This document shows positions 10,332-19,623 of a stretch of 64,000 nucleotides of DNA, piece by piece. A program made the position numbers and the translations under genes. The notes under the pieces are model-generated. The model searched no databases. It had not been told where the DNA came from and saw only the letters and a program-made list of their open reading frames with translations. The stretch covers positions 62,001-126,000 of the IMG/VR virus record IMGVR_UViG_3300022935_000005. One strand, written 5' to 3'. Each line of letters opens with the position of its first letter. Within the stretch, counting starts at the first letter, position 1.

Positions 10332-13300
10332 ATGAGTCAGAAAAACAGGACAGAACTGAGGAAAAAAGACTTTCTGGTCGTCAGACAGACGAAAAACCAG
10401 AACATCGCAAAAGTCATAACCCCTCAGACATTCCAGGTCGGCCTTGATGATGCAGAGTTCAAGAATACTCTCATTGTAAAGGGTAACGCTCAAGTTGAGG
10501 GTCGCTTAACTGACTCTGCTGGAAACGCGTTCATAAAAGGCTCTGGAAACGTCACTGTCACGGAAGACAGTTCTGGCGGCGTCACCATCACCGCAGCACT
10601 TTCAGCAGGTGGCGCGCTCACCGGTGGCACATCTGGCGGAATCACTAATTTTTCGTATGACGGTTCAGGAACTGCGACTGTTGCCCTTGATCTTTTTACG
10701 AACACAGGACTTGAGATCCATCCTTCTTATGGACTGGCTATCAACCCAACACAAGCTACAGAATTATCAGCTATTCCCGCCTCAAATGACTATCTGTTAA
10801 TTCATGATACTAGCGACACCACTAATATAAGAGACGTTAAAAAAATATCTGTCGCAAATCTGCTTGCTGCCGCCCCCGCACATTCGGCATTAACTTTTTC
10901 TGTTTCTCCACGAGACGGATTGAGCGGCGCTTCATTCGACAATCAAGCCGATGCCAACTTTGATGTTAATGCTGGAACAGGTCTTGCGATAGTCGGAGGT
11001 ACCAGCTCTGGCGGTGCGGTGTTTGTAGATCCAAGTAATGCATCATCCGCCGCAATAGCAGCCGGCGACTCCGTGTTATTTTACGATGCCACTGCTTCTG
11101 GAACAAGAAAGACGACTATACAAGATATAGCGAATTTTGCTTCTAGTTATAGCGTGTCTGTTGGCACGGGTCTGACCGGTACTGCTTATGACGGCTCTGG
11201 AAATTCAACGTTTGCGATAGACACCGGTGTTATACCCACACTCGCGTCCTCGAACACTTTTTCTGGAACGAATACGTTTTCTAGCACGATTAATGCAAAC
11301 GCCGGAATACAAATCGCACCCGGCACGCCGCTTTTAGTTGCAGGAACCAACGTTTCACTGTCAACAGCACCAAGCGGGCAGGTCACGATATCTTCTACTT
11401 TCGCTCCTGGTGGTAGTCTAACTGCTGGCGACGGTATTAAGTCGTTTACGTATGATGGTAGCTCAAACACGACAGTCGCGGTAACAGCAGATGGTCTGTC
11501 TTCTGTCGGTACACCTGATCGTCTAGATTACGTTATCATAGCTGACAGTGCTAACCCAGACTCTTTGACTCGCTCCACGGTCGGTTCGATAGCCGATAGT
11601 GTGAACCGAACGTCTATTGTTAACGCAGGTCAAGCCATAAACATCAATTATGCAAACCCGATATCTGATCCTGCAACTTTTTCTGTTAAGTTTGACAACT
11701 CTACAATTACGCTAAACAGCGCCGGACAACTACAAGCGTCTGGGGTCACGACAGGACCTGTTGGAGACCCGCAAGCTACTTACTTGGTTTTGTCTACTAC
11801 GTCTTCTCTAGACAATGAGAGAGTATTGACTGCGGGCACGGGATTACAGTCTACGGACGCCGGTGCCAATGCTGCATTCACGATGGCAATTGATGACTCC
11901 GTTGTCGCGACTCTTACAGGTTCTCAGTTTTCTGGAAACGTAGGTATAACGGGTTCATTAGGCGTCGAAGGAAACGCTCTGTTCGCAACAGGACTTTCTG
12001 GATCTCTACAGACGCTCGCTGACGGTTCGTCATACCTCCGTGAAGGTAATAACATCACGATCGTAACAGGTTCTGACGGCTCTATTACGATATCGTCAAC
12101 CGCATCTGGTGGCGGTGGCGGCGATAGTGCTGCCGAGTATCTTGTTTTATCTACTACCTCATCACTAGACAATGAGAGAGTACTAACGGCAGGTACAGGT
12201 ATCCAGACTTTGGACGCCGGCGCCGGCTCAACCTTTACAATAGGTATTGACAATTCGGTTGTAGCAACCTTGACAGGCTCGGTTTTTAGCGGCGATGTCG
12301 TGTTCCAGTCAGGACTAAGTGGGTCACTGCAGACTCTGACGGATGGCACAGCTTATCTAACAGGTGCAGGCGGGATAGAGGTCACCACTGCATCTAATGG
12401 CCAGATAACAATCAGCGGTAGCGAAGGAAGAATCTATACAGCTGGTACAGGACTTGACTTAACGGCTAACGAGTTCTCTGTAGACAATTCGGTTGTCGCA
12501 ACCTTAACGGGATCTGTTTTTAGTGGAGATGCCGTATTTGAGGCCGGTCTATCTGGATCTCTGCAAACTTTAACAGACGGTACTGCATACATTACCACGA
12601 TCGGTGGAATATCTATAACAACTGCCTCATCGGGGCAATTGATCCTGTCGTCCGCGATTGGTGATATCACCAGCGTTACAGCTGGTAACGGGTTACTAGG
12701 AGGTGGGACGGATTCTGATGTCACACTTGAAGTAGATAATTCCGTCATCGCTACCTTAACTGGCTCCGTGTTCACGGGTGATGTTATCTTTCAGTCTGGA
12801 TTATCTGGTTCACTACAAACTCTAGCGGATGGTACAGCTTACCTAACTGGAGCTGGCGGAATAGAGATTTCTACTTCTTCTAACGGTCAAATTACGATCA
12901 GCGGCAGTGAGGGAAGGATCTATACAGCTGGTACAGGGCTTGATTTAACAGCTAACGAGTTTTCAGTCGACAATTCTGTCGTGGCTACTCTGACAGGTTC
13001 AGTATTTACTGGAGATGCCGTCTTTCAGTCCGGTCTCTCTGGTTCGCTACAAACATTGTCTGACGGAACGACTGCTTACATTACAACAATCGGTGGCATT
13101 TCCATAACAACCGCGTCGTCAGGACAGCTCATCCTTTCGTCGGCTATCGGCGATATCACCAGCGTAAACGCAGGTAATGGGTTGTTGGGTGGCGGCACAG
13201 ACTCCGACGTTACTCTACAGATCGATGATTCGATAGTCGCTGCCCTGACCGGTGCTGTATTCTCCGGAGATGTCATCTTTCAGTCTGGATTGTCTGGCTC

Positions 13301-16300
13301 ACTACAAACTTTATCAGACGGGACAGCCTACCTGACTGGAGCGGGTGGGATAGAAATTACCACCGCCTCCAATGGCCAAATAACAATTAGTGGCAGCGAA
13401 GGTCGTATTTACACTGCTGGTACAGGACTCGACTTAACAGTTAATGAATTTTCAATCGATAATTCGATAGTGGCCACGCTAACTGGGTCAGTGTTTAGTG
13501 GAGATGTTGTTTTCCAGTCGGGCCTTTCTGGATCTTTACAGACTTTAGCAGACGGAACGACAGCTTACCTAACTGGAGCAGGAGGCATAGAAATAACAAC
13601 TGCCTCTAATGGTCAAATCACGATCAGCGGTAGTGAAGGCAGAGTATACACTGCTGGTACGGGTCTGTTGTTATCTGGTGAAGAGTTCTCTATTGACAAC
13701 TCTGTTGTCGCTACCCTAACCGGGTCTGTATTCACCGGTGATGCTATCTTTCAGGCAGGATTATCCGGATCTTTGCAGACGCTTAGCGATGGTATAACTC
13801 CCTATATCGTCGGGACCGGAAGTATCAGCGTAACGACCTCATCATCGGGCCAGCTCGTTATATCATCTTCTGCTTCTGGTGGAGGTGGTTCAGGTGTAGA
13901 TACTGTTTCACAAGCAGGCGGAATTACTGTAAACAATGTGACGACGATGGTGTTTACCAGTAGTTGTTTAACTGACAATGGTGGCGGTCAAGTTACAGTT
14001 CAGCCTGTTATTGGTGCAGCAGAAGACGGCACATACACAGACGGTCTGTTCACAGACCTTGAGTACTGCACTCCGATCGGTACAGCAGTTGATAGATTTA
14101 ATGAGATATTACTGCAATTAGCACCATCACCAGCTCCAACTCTTACAACCGTAGATTGTAATGATAACGGCACAACGGCTTACCTATCATTTGGAGCTAG
14201 CTCTTCAACATCAGGATTTACGAACGTGGGTTCCTCTGCGGGTCTTGGCACCGCCGCGGACGTTAATGATCAGTACGGTGTGACAACTTCATCTGGCAAT
14301 TTTAGAAAAGGTATTTTTACAGCCGGAAGAACTTTCGATGGCACCCTCAATTATCACGTCACAGCCGCCGATTACGGGAATGGCAACGTAAATTATCCGG
14401 CTTACTCTTTTGGAGATGCTAACAAAGGTGAAATAGCTTTAGAAGTCAATGGTGTAATCATTCACACGGCTTCATTAACAGACACAACCGTGGGTTCAGG
14501 TGATCCAGGCTCAGGAACTTATACCACTGTTAACTCGAATGGGTCGGGTTTTACACAACTGTCGCAGACTGGTTCAGCCAAATTTAGTGACGGCTCGACG
14601 TTTACGTACTTTCAACACAGGACCGGAGAGTGGACGGTTGTTGACGGCGACCAGAGAGATGGGTGGAATTACGCTCGCGTCGTACAGATTGTCAATAACA
14701 TAACATCTTCTTTGACAAATTACGTCGAGTGGGTGAGAGACTCTAACACTGATCCTTTAACAGCCACGAATAATCAGATAACAGCCGTAGATGTCGGCGG
14801 ATTGAAAGAGTTATCAGGTGTTAAATACTTCAAATCTGGCAGTGTGGAATACAGGGTAGATGTAGAGAACGCGTATAGAACTGTGTATGACTTGAATGCG
14901 ATAACATTTAACACTACCAACCTGTCCATCAGCAGTCAAGCAAAGCCGACGATAGACACCTTATCAGGGGAGGACTCTTCAAAAGTACTCTCCATAACAG
15001 GAAGCTCAGTAATAACTGATCAGACTTTATTGAACGGCTCTGTCGCCGCCTCAATCAACGTTACTCATCCGTTAAAGTCAAATCTGTCTGCTGGCGGCGC
15101 AACAACAGCGTCTGGCTTCTTGTTGTATAATGTTACTGATAACTCCACAGCGACATCTGAGACCTTCCGAGGGGAGAGCTATAGGGTTCAATCGGCATCG
15201 TATGATCTACAATCAGATGTGACTGGTGGCTCTTTCGATTGGGATTCTTCCCTACATATGTCAGGCACTAACGCTGGTCATACTGACGGATTATTGTTCT
15301 ATGACGATGAGCTTGTGGCTCCAACAAACTCTTTGTTGAGCGGTGATTTTAGAAATAGTGTCGACCTGGGCTCCCTTGATTTTGCGCCGTCTGGAAATCC
15401 GGACTATACGGGCATAACTACTGGTACACGAACATTCTACAGAAAATATCAGAATACATCAGGTGGCACCGCCAATTCGTATGCACTAACTTTCTATGGA
15501 TCAGGTACGTCCATAGTCGGTGATTCAGGGACTTTAAACTCTTCTAACGTGAAAGTCTATGTTAAGCTTCCCGACAACAGTTCTGGTAATACAACTGGGT
15601 GGCTGGACCTGGCAACACTTTTCACATCTGGTACTTACACTGACGGGTCAGGTGCTCGGGTCTACAACTCTCCCGGGTCATTCACGACGACTGTGAGAGG
15701 TACGTTTGGCACACATGACATCGCGAACAACGATTTTATCGTCGCCAAAGTCTTAGCCGATGCTTCCTGGACAGGTAATATAAGCCAATTAGACATCTCG
15801 TTTGCGAACTCTAACGCAACACCAGCTTCCAATCTGGTTGACATATCTTCAGCAGATGACGGGATAGACGCGAAGTTAAGCTTTGGAACAACGAAGCCCG
15901 TAACAGATTTTACCAATGTAGGATCCTCCGCCGGCGTTGGCAGCGCGGCAAACACTAACGACGACTACCTAGACGGGACGCCGAATGCGAGGAGGCTTGG
16001 TATATTTGATCTTACTTCTGATATTGATGGTCCCATAAACACAGACTCTTCATCAGGAGGGTTCGCAGATGGTCACACAGGCATTCTTAAGTTAGAAGTT
16101 AATGGTTCGGAAATACCAGCTGCTCAAATAGATCTAGCTGCCTTTGCGGGCTCTGGATACCCTGGTTCTGGAGCGTCATCATCTGTTAATGGTAATGGTA
16201 CCGGGTTCACTAACGTCTCAACAGCACAACCACGTACAGGGTCAAACAATTATCCAGATTTTGACGAATGGTTTAGGACGGCCCGGTTTAATGTTGACGC

Positions 16301-17585
16301 AGCCGATCAAAGAAATGGCTGGAACTATGTCAGAGCAATTCACTCTGTAGGCGGCTCAGACAGAACGACGACATACGTTGAATGGGTGAACGACTTCTAT
16401 ACAACTAATATGTCATTCACCAATATCGGGTTTGATGACTTCGGTGGAGACACGGTCTTTTATCTATCTGGCGTTAAGTACTTCGATAATATAGCAGGGG
16501 ACGTCTCAGGTAGCTTGAAGGCTGAAGTTAGTGGGTCTCACTCCAATATCTACTCTAGAGCATCTAACGCTTTCTCAAGTTTAAGCTTAACGAACCTTAC
16601 AATAAACAGCATAGAGTTCGGCGGAATAGGGTATGTAAACACAACAGTGTCTAGCGATTCTACTGTGGCTCTTCCCGCTTTGGACACCGCGATATCAGAT
16701 GCACAATCACGTGATATGCATGTCACTGCTTCTTACAACTGTACGCTGACTAACTCTCTACCTGAAGATGCTGATTCTGTATCAACATTCTTTAGAGTAC
16801 TTCATCCTCAAAAGTCTACTTTAAATTCTCCTGTGCAAAGCAAGAGCACTTTCTTGATCTTCTCTGCTAGCGACTCCTCGACTGTAGATGACACAGAGAA
16901 CTTTTCTGGAGAGTACTACCGGCTGATATCTGGTTCATATGACCTGAAGGCAGACATTACAGATGTAGCAAACGTATGGGATTCGACAGCTAACATGAAC
17001 TCCGTCGCAGGACATGACAACGGTCTTTTAATATATGACGGAAAACTATATTCTCCGAAGGCTAAAGGAAATTCTGGTGATTTTGCCAATGTTGCAGAGG
17101 GCGGTTTGTATCAGGGTCCAGATGATAATGTTGACTATTCGACACTTTCTAACGGAAGAAGAGCATATTATAGAGCATTCAGAAATGATACTGCTTCGGA
17201 TCTGCCAGAGATGTTTGTGGAGATGACTGGAGATGCAGAGGTAATTCCAAGAAGCGGAGCCTTCGCCACAGGTTCGCTGGGTGCCAACAAGTATATCCAC
17301 GTCGATGTAAAGATACCCGGACAAACAGAGTGGCTTGACCTCGCAAAACCAGGTGATACGTCAAATGATGAAGACGGTGATGGTTGTCTCAAGGGAACGC
17401 TAGACCAAGTTATAGATTCCGGCGGAAATAGAAATAATTGTTCGTTCCAAGGAGCAACAGCTAATGGTACCGAAGGAAGTACACCTCCGGTGTCGAGACA
17501 GGATTACGTGATAATTAGAATTGTCGCGGATGAAGACTGGACAGGAAACATAGACTCTCTTAGTATAGACTGGAGCACTGCATAA
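10332..17585 (+). CDS. Giant repetitive tail fibre / receptor-binding-like protein
   Basis: 2417 aa, G/S/T-rich, with AGTGL-type fibre repeats, eight GLSGSLQTL modules and a duplicated ~550-aa C-terminal unit. Confidence 0.7.
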   Translation: MSQKNRTELRKKDFLVVRQTKNQNIAKVITPQTFQVGLDDAEFKNTLIVKGNAQVEGRLTDSAGNAFIKGSGNVTVTEDSSGGVTITAALSAGGALTGGTSGGITNFSYDGSGTATVALDLFTNTGLEIHPSYGLAINPTQATELSAIPASNDYLLIHDTSDTTNIRDVKKISVANLLAAAPAHSALTFSVSPRDGLSGASFDNQADANFDVNAGTGLAIVGGTSSGGAVFVDPSNASSAAIAAGDSVLFYDATASGTRKTTIQDIANFASSYSVSVGTGLTGTAYDGSGNSTFAIDTGVIPTLASSNTFSGTNTFSSTINANAGIQIAPGTPLLVAGTNVSLSTAPSGQVTISSTFAPGGSLTAGDGIKSFTYDGSSNTTVAVTADGLSSVGTPDRLDYVIIADSANPDSLTRSTVGSIADSVNRTSIVNAGQAININYANPISDPATFSVKFDNSTITLNSAGQLQASGVTTGPVGDPQATYLVLSTTSSLDNERVLTAGTGLQSTDAGANAAFTMAIDDSVVATLTGSQFSGNVGITGSLGVEGNALFATGLSGSLQTLADGSSYLREGNNITIVTGSDGSITISSTASGGGGGDSAAEYLVLSTTSSLDNERVLTAGTGIQTLDAGAGSTFTIGIDNSVVATLTGSVFSGDVVFQSGLSGSLQTLTDGTAYLTGAGGIEVTTASNGQITISGSEGRIYTAGTGLDLTANEFSVDNSVVATLTGSVFSGDAVFEAGLSGSLQTLTDGTAYITTIGGISITTASSGQLILSSAIGDITSVTAGNGLLGGGTDSDVTLEVDNSVIATLTGSVFTGDVIFQSGLSGSLQTLADGTAYLTGAGGIEISTSSNGQITISGSEGRIYTAGTGLDLTANEFSVDNSVVATLTGSVFTGDAVFQSGLSGSLQTLSDGTTAYITTIGGISITTASSGQLILSSAIGDITSVNAGNGLLGGGTDSDVTLQIDDSIVAALTGAVFSGDVIFQSGLSGSLQTLSDGTAYLTGAGGIEITTASNGQITISGSEGRIYTAGTGLDLTVNEFSIDNSIVATLTGSVFSGDVVFQSGLSGSLQTLADGTTAYLTGAGGIEITTASNGQITISGSEGRVYTAGTGLLLSGEEFSIDNSVVATLTGSVFTGDAIFQAGLSGSLQTLSDGITPYIVGTGSISVTTSSSGQLVISSSASGGGGSGVDTVSQAGGITVNNVTTMVFTSSCLTDNGGGQVTVQPVIGAAEDGTYTDGLFTDLEYCTPIGTAVDRFNEILLQLAPSPAPTLTTVDCNDNGTTAYLSFGASSSTSGFTNVGSSAGLGTAADVNDQYGVTTSSGNFRKGIFTAGRTFDGTLNYHVTAADYGNGNVNYPAYSFGDANKGEIALEVNGVIIHTASLTDTTVGSGDPGSGTYTTVNSNGSGFTQLSQTGSAKFSDGSTFTYFQHRTGEWTVVDGDQRDGWNYARVVQIVNNITSSLTNYVEWVRDSNTDPLTATNNQITAVDVGGLKELSGVKYFKSGSVEYRVDVENAYRTVYDLNAITFNTTNLSISSQAKPTIDTLSGEDSSKVLSITGSSVITDQTLLNGSVAASINVTHPLKSNLSAGGATTASGFLLYNVTDNSTATSETFRGESYRVQSASYDLQSDVTGGSFDWDSSLHMSGTNAGHTDGLLFYDDELVAPTNSLLSGDFRNSVDLGSLDFAPSGNPDYTGITTGTRTFYRKYQNTSGGTANSYALTFYGSGTSIVGDSGTLNSSNVKVYVKLPDNSSGNTTGWLDLATLFTSGTYTDGSGARVYNSPGSFTTTVRGTFGTHDIANNDFIVAKVLADASWTGNISQLDISFANSNATPASNLVDISSADDGIDAKLSFGTTKPVTDFTNVGSSAGVGSAANTNDDYLDGTPNARRLGIFDLTSDIDGPINTDSSSGGFADGHTGILKLEVNGSEIPAAQIDLAAFAGSGYPGSGASSSVNGNGTGFTNVSTAQPRTGSNNYPDFDEWFRTARFNVDAADQRNGWNYVRAIHSVGGSDRTTTYVEWVNDFYTTNMSFTNIGFDDFGGDTVFYLSGVKYFDNIAGDVSGSLKAEVSGSHSNIYSRASNAFSSLSLTNLTINSIEFGGIGYVNTTVSSDSTVALPALDTAISDAQSRDMHVTASYNCTLTNSLPEDADSVSTFFRVLHPQKSTLNSPVQSKSTFLIFSASDSSTVDDTENFSGEYYRLISGSYDLKADITDVANVWDSTANMNSVAGHDNGLLIYDGKLYSPKAKGNSGDFANVAEGGLYQGPDDNVDYSTLSNGRRAYYRAFRNDTASDLPEMFVEMTGDAEVIPRSGAFATGSLGANKYIHVDVKIPGQTEWLDLAKPGDTSNDEDGDGCLKGTLDQVIDSGGNRNNCSFQGATANGTEGSTPPVSRQDYVIIRIVADEDWTGNIDSLSIDWSTA
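11760..13870 (+). repeat. Intragenic tandem ~80-aa repeats (8 copies of D[ND]SVVATLTGSVF.GD..F..GLSGSLQTL.DG)
   Basis: Read directly from the translation. Two alternating linker types; DNA copies differ at synonymous sites. Confidence 0.9.
14130..17582 (+). repeat. Tandem duplication of a ~550-aa module (approx. 14130-15810 and 15820-17582)
   Basis: Collinear motifs in both copies: LSFG, FTNVGSSAG, LEVNG, DQR.GWNY, YVEWV, LSGVKYF, GH..GLL.YD, WLDLA, AD..WTGNI..L.I. Confidence 0.85.
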
Positions 17586-19201
17586 TGGCGGGAAAGAGTA
17601 ATACTACTGCTACGCTGTTTGCTCAGAAGAAACTTCTGAACAAAGCGCATACTAGTATTCTTAAGTCGGATGCTCAAGAGACGATCACGACCAATATTCA
17701 ACCTGCCGCCCAAACCACGTTTGGTCAGGAGATTCCGTCAGAGCCCGAAAAGACGCTGTATTTGATACAGAGTGCTAGCGCGGGCTTGCCCGGAACAATC
17801 GAATATGTCCAATTTGATATAACCAGTATAAGCGGTACATCTTATGATGCTGACTCTATAGACTCTGGTGCTGGACCTTCGCCGTCTAATAACGGCCCTC
17901 ACGGTTATGCTTTATCCCTACCTTCAAATTACGAGGCTCTTAGTTCTAATCCGAAGAAGGGATTAGGGGTTTTTGATAATGGTGCGGTCTTGACTGGATC
18001 TCTGGGTCGGGTACAAATTGTACCACCAGTATTCTCTGTTGATCGTCCTAATCCGTATGCAGTAACCCTATACAAAGGTACGCCTGGTCCTAATCCAGCT
18101 ACTGATCCAAACATCATCCCTCTTGAAGCAGAGATTGATTATCAGCTAGACACATTCAACGGCGTCCTATTTGTACAGGATTACGATGCTTCTACTGTTC
18201 CTCTATATGCTCGGGCCTTCATCTATGTCGGCGACATGATAACCGAGGTGATAGAAGATATTAACGTATCTGGAGGAGGATCAGGTGACGCTAATGCAGA
18301 GTACATGGTCACTAGCCTAACAGGCTCGTTACCCAATGCTAAGTTGATAGAAGCTGGACCCGGTATTTCTATTACAACCGGTTCCAATTCAATAACGATA
18401 TCTTCAACAACAGCGGCTGGCGGAATTGATGGTCGTAGTAAGAGGCGATATCTCCTCACTTCATCGCACCCTGCAAAAACAGAATTTATAACAGACTTAA
18501 CGGACTTCTCAGAGGTCTCGTATAATCCTGACTTGATTGATGTTTTTCTTAATGGCACGCTGATGCATTCAGGTACTCAAGCTGAGGTCACAGCAGAGAC
18601 TATTGACTATACTATCATGACTTCTGGGTCTATAAGTTTTGCGTTTGCGCTTTTCCAAGATGATTATGTTGACACTATTATATCTAGGGTCTCATCTGGG
18701 TCATCGGGATCAGGAGGTGGAGATTCCAATGCTGAATATCTAGTTCTTTCGACCACTGGCTCACTGACAAGTGAACGTGCATTCGTAGCTGGGACCGGTC
18801 TCAACTCTACCGACGCTGGAGCTGGAGGAAACTTTACTATTGATATTGACGACTCTGTTGTCGCGACCCTTACCGGCTCAGTGTTTACGGGCCCCGTAGA
18901 GTTCCAGGGAGCAGTAACTGGATCCTTTCCAGTAGACAGAAGCAAAGGCATCTATTTTTTGTCCTCTAGTATACCAGCTGGAACGAGCTTTTCTACCCCG
19001 TCCACCGACTTCTCAGAAGCGCAATACGATCAAGATAAAATCGACGTTTTTGTGAATGGGATGTTATTACACAGTGGGTCGCAGACACAAATAAATGCCT
19101 CCGAGCGTGATTACTACATAGATAGTGCTAGCAGTCTTAAGTTTTCTTTTGATATGAAAGTTGACGATGTTGTCGATATCGTTGTCTTCAAAGTCACTTA
19201 G
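17585..19201 (+). CDS. Fibre-associated structural protein with two DVF.NG..DY modules
   Basis: 538 aa, TAATG-coupled to the fibre gene. Shares the GGD..AEYLVLSTT.SL..ER...AGTGL and DDSVVATLTGSVF modules with it. Confidence 0.65.
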   Translation: MAGKSNTTATLFAQKKLLNKAHTSILKSDAQETITTNIQPAAQTTFGQEIPSEPEKTLYLIQSASAGLPGTIEYVQFDITSISGTSYDADSIDSGAGPSPSNNGPHGYALSLPSNYEALSSNPKKGLGVFDNGAVLTGSLGRVQIVPPVFSVDRPNPYAVTLYKGTPGPNPATDPNIIPLEAEIDYQLDTFNGVLFVQDYDASTVPLYARAFIYVGDMITEVIEDINVSGGGSGDANAEYMVTSLTGSLPNAKLIEAGPGISITTGSNSITISSTTAAGGIDGRSKRRYLLTSSHPAKTEFITDLTDFSEVSYNPDLIDVFLNGTLMHSGTQAEVTAETIDYTIMTSGSISFAFALFQDDYVDTIISRVSSGSSGSGGGDSNAEYLVLSTTGSLTSERAFVAGTGLNSTDAGAGGNFTIDIDDSVVATLTGSVFTGPVEFQGAVTGSFPVDRSKGIYFLSSSIPAGTSFSTPSTDFSEAQYDQDKIDVFVNGMLLHSGSQTQINASERDYYIDSASSLKFSFDMKVDDVVDIVVFKVT

Positions 19202-19268
19202 ATAATAGTTAATAAAGAATCCACAAGCGTCAAGATTCTGGTAATCGGAAAGTTTTTAGGAGAGCGTA

Positions 19269-19493
19269 ATGCAGGAAAAAGAATCCAATATTTTTGAGAC
19301 AGCAGACTTAGGCCTTGCTGCTTTTCTTTTAGTCAAGGGGTGTCCTCTTTTAGTCGCTGGTCGCGAAAAAAGTAGATTTTCTTTTGTTTTCGAGGGTAAG
19401 TCTGAATGCGAGTCTCTATCAATAAAGTATGTGAATAGCGATTTTGCAAAATTTGATGCATCTCTAAAAAATTTAAAAAATCTTGTTAAATAG
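19269..19493 (+). CDS. Small hypothetical protein (DUF5659-like)
   Basis: 74 aa with AGGAG SD. FETADLGLAAFLLVKG...FSFVFE resembles DUF5659 as recalled; unverified. Confidence 0.5.
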   Translation: MQEKESNIFETADLGLAAFLLVKGCPLLVAGREKSRFSFVFEGKSECESLSIKYVNSDFAKFDASLKNLKNLVK

Positions 19494-19504
19494 ATTTCTT
19501 CTGT

Positions 19505-19511
19505 ATATTTA
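19505..19511 (+). promoter_or_regulatory. Putative phage late promoter ATA[GCT]TTA
   Basis: ATATTTA in an intergenic region; the same heptamer precedes many structural genes (also 19205, 21123). Confidence 0.55.
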
Positions 19512-19623
19512 AAATCGTGAGGTCTCCTCACGTCGTTAGTTTGTATAGTTTCGTTCCTTAGTTAGTTAGTTAGTGAGTTTGTCTAAACATAACTAAGCGC
19601 TTTAAGCGCTCAAAGGAAAAACT

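Noticed and set aside
11760-13870. Repeats as a CRISPR array or DGR template/variable repeat pair
   Set aside because: The repeats are in-frame protein modules varying at synonymous sites. There are no identical DNA repeats with spacers, no adenine-specific variation and no reverse transcriptase in the window.
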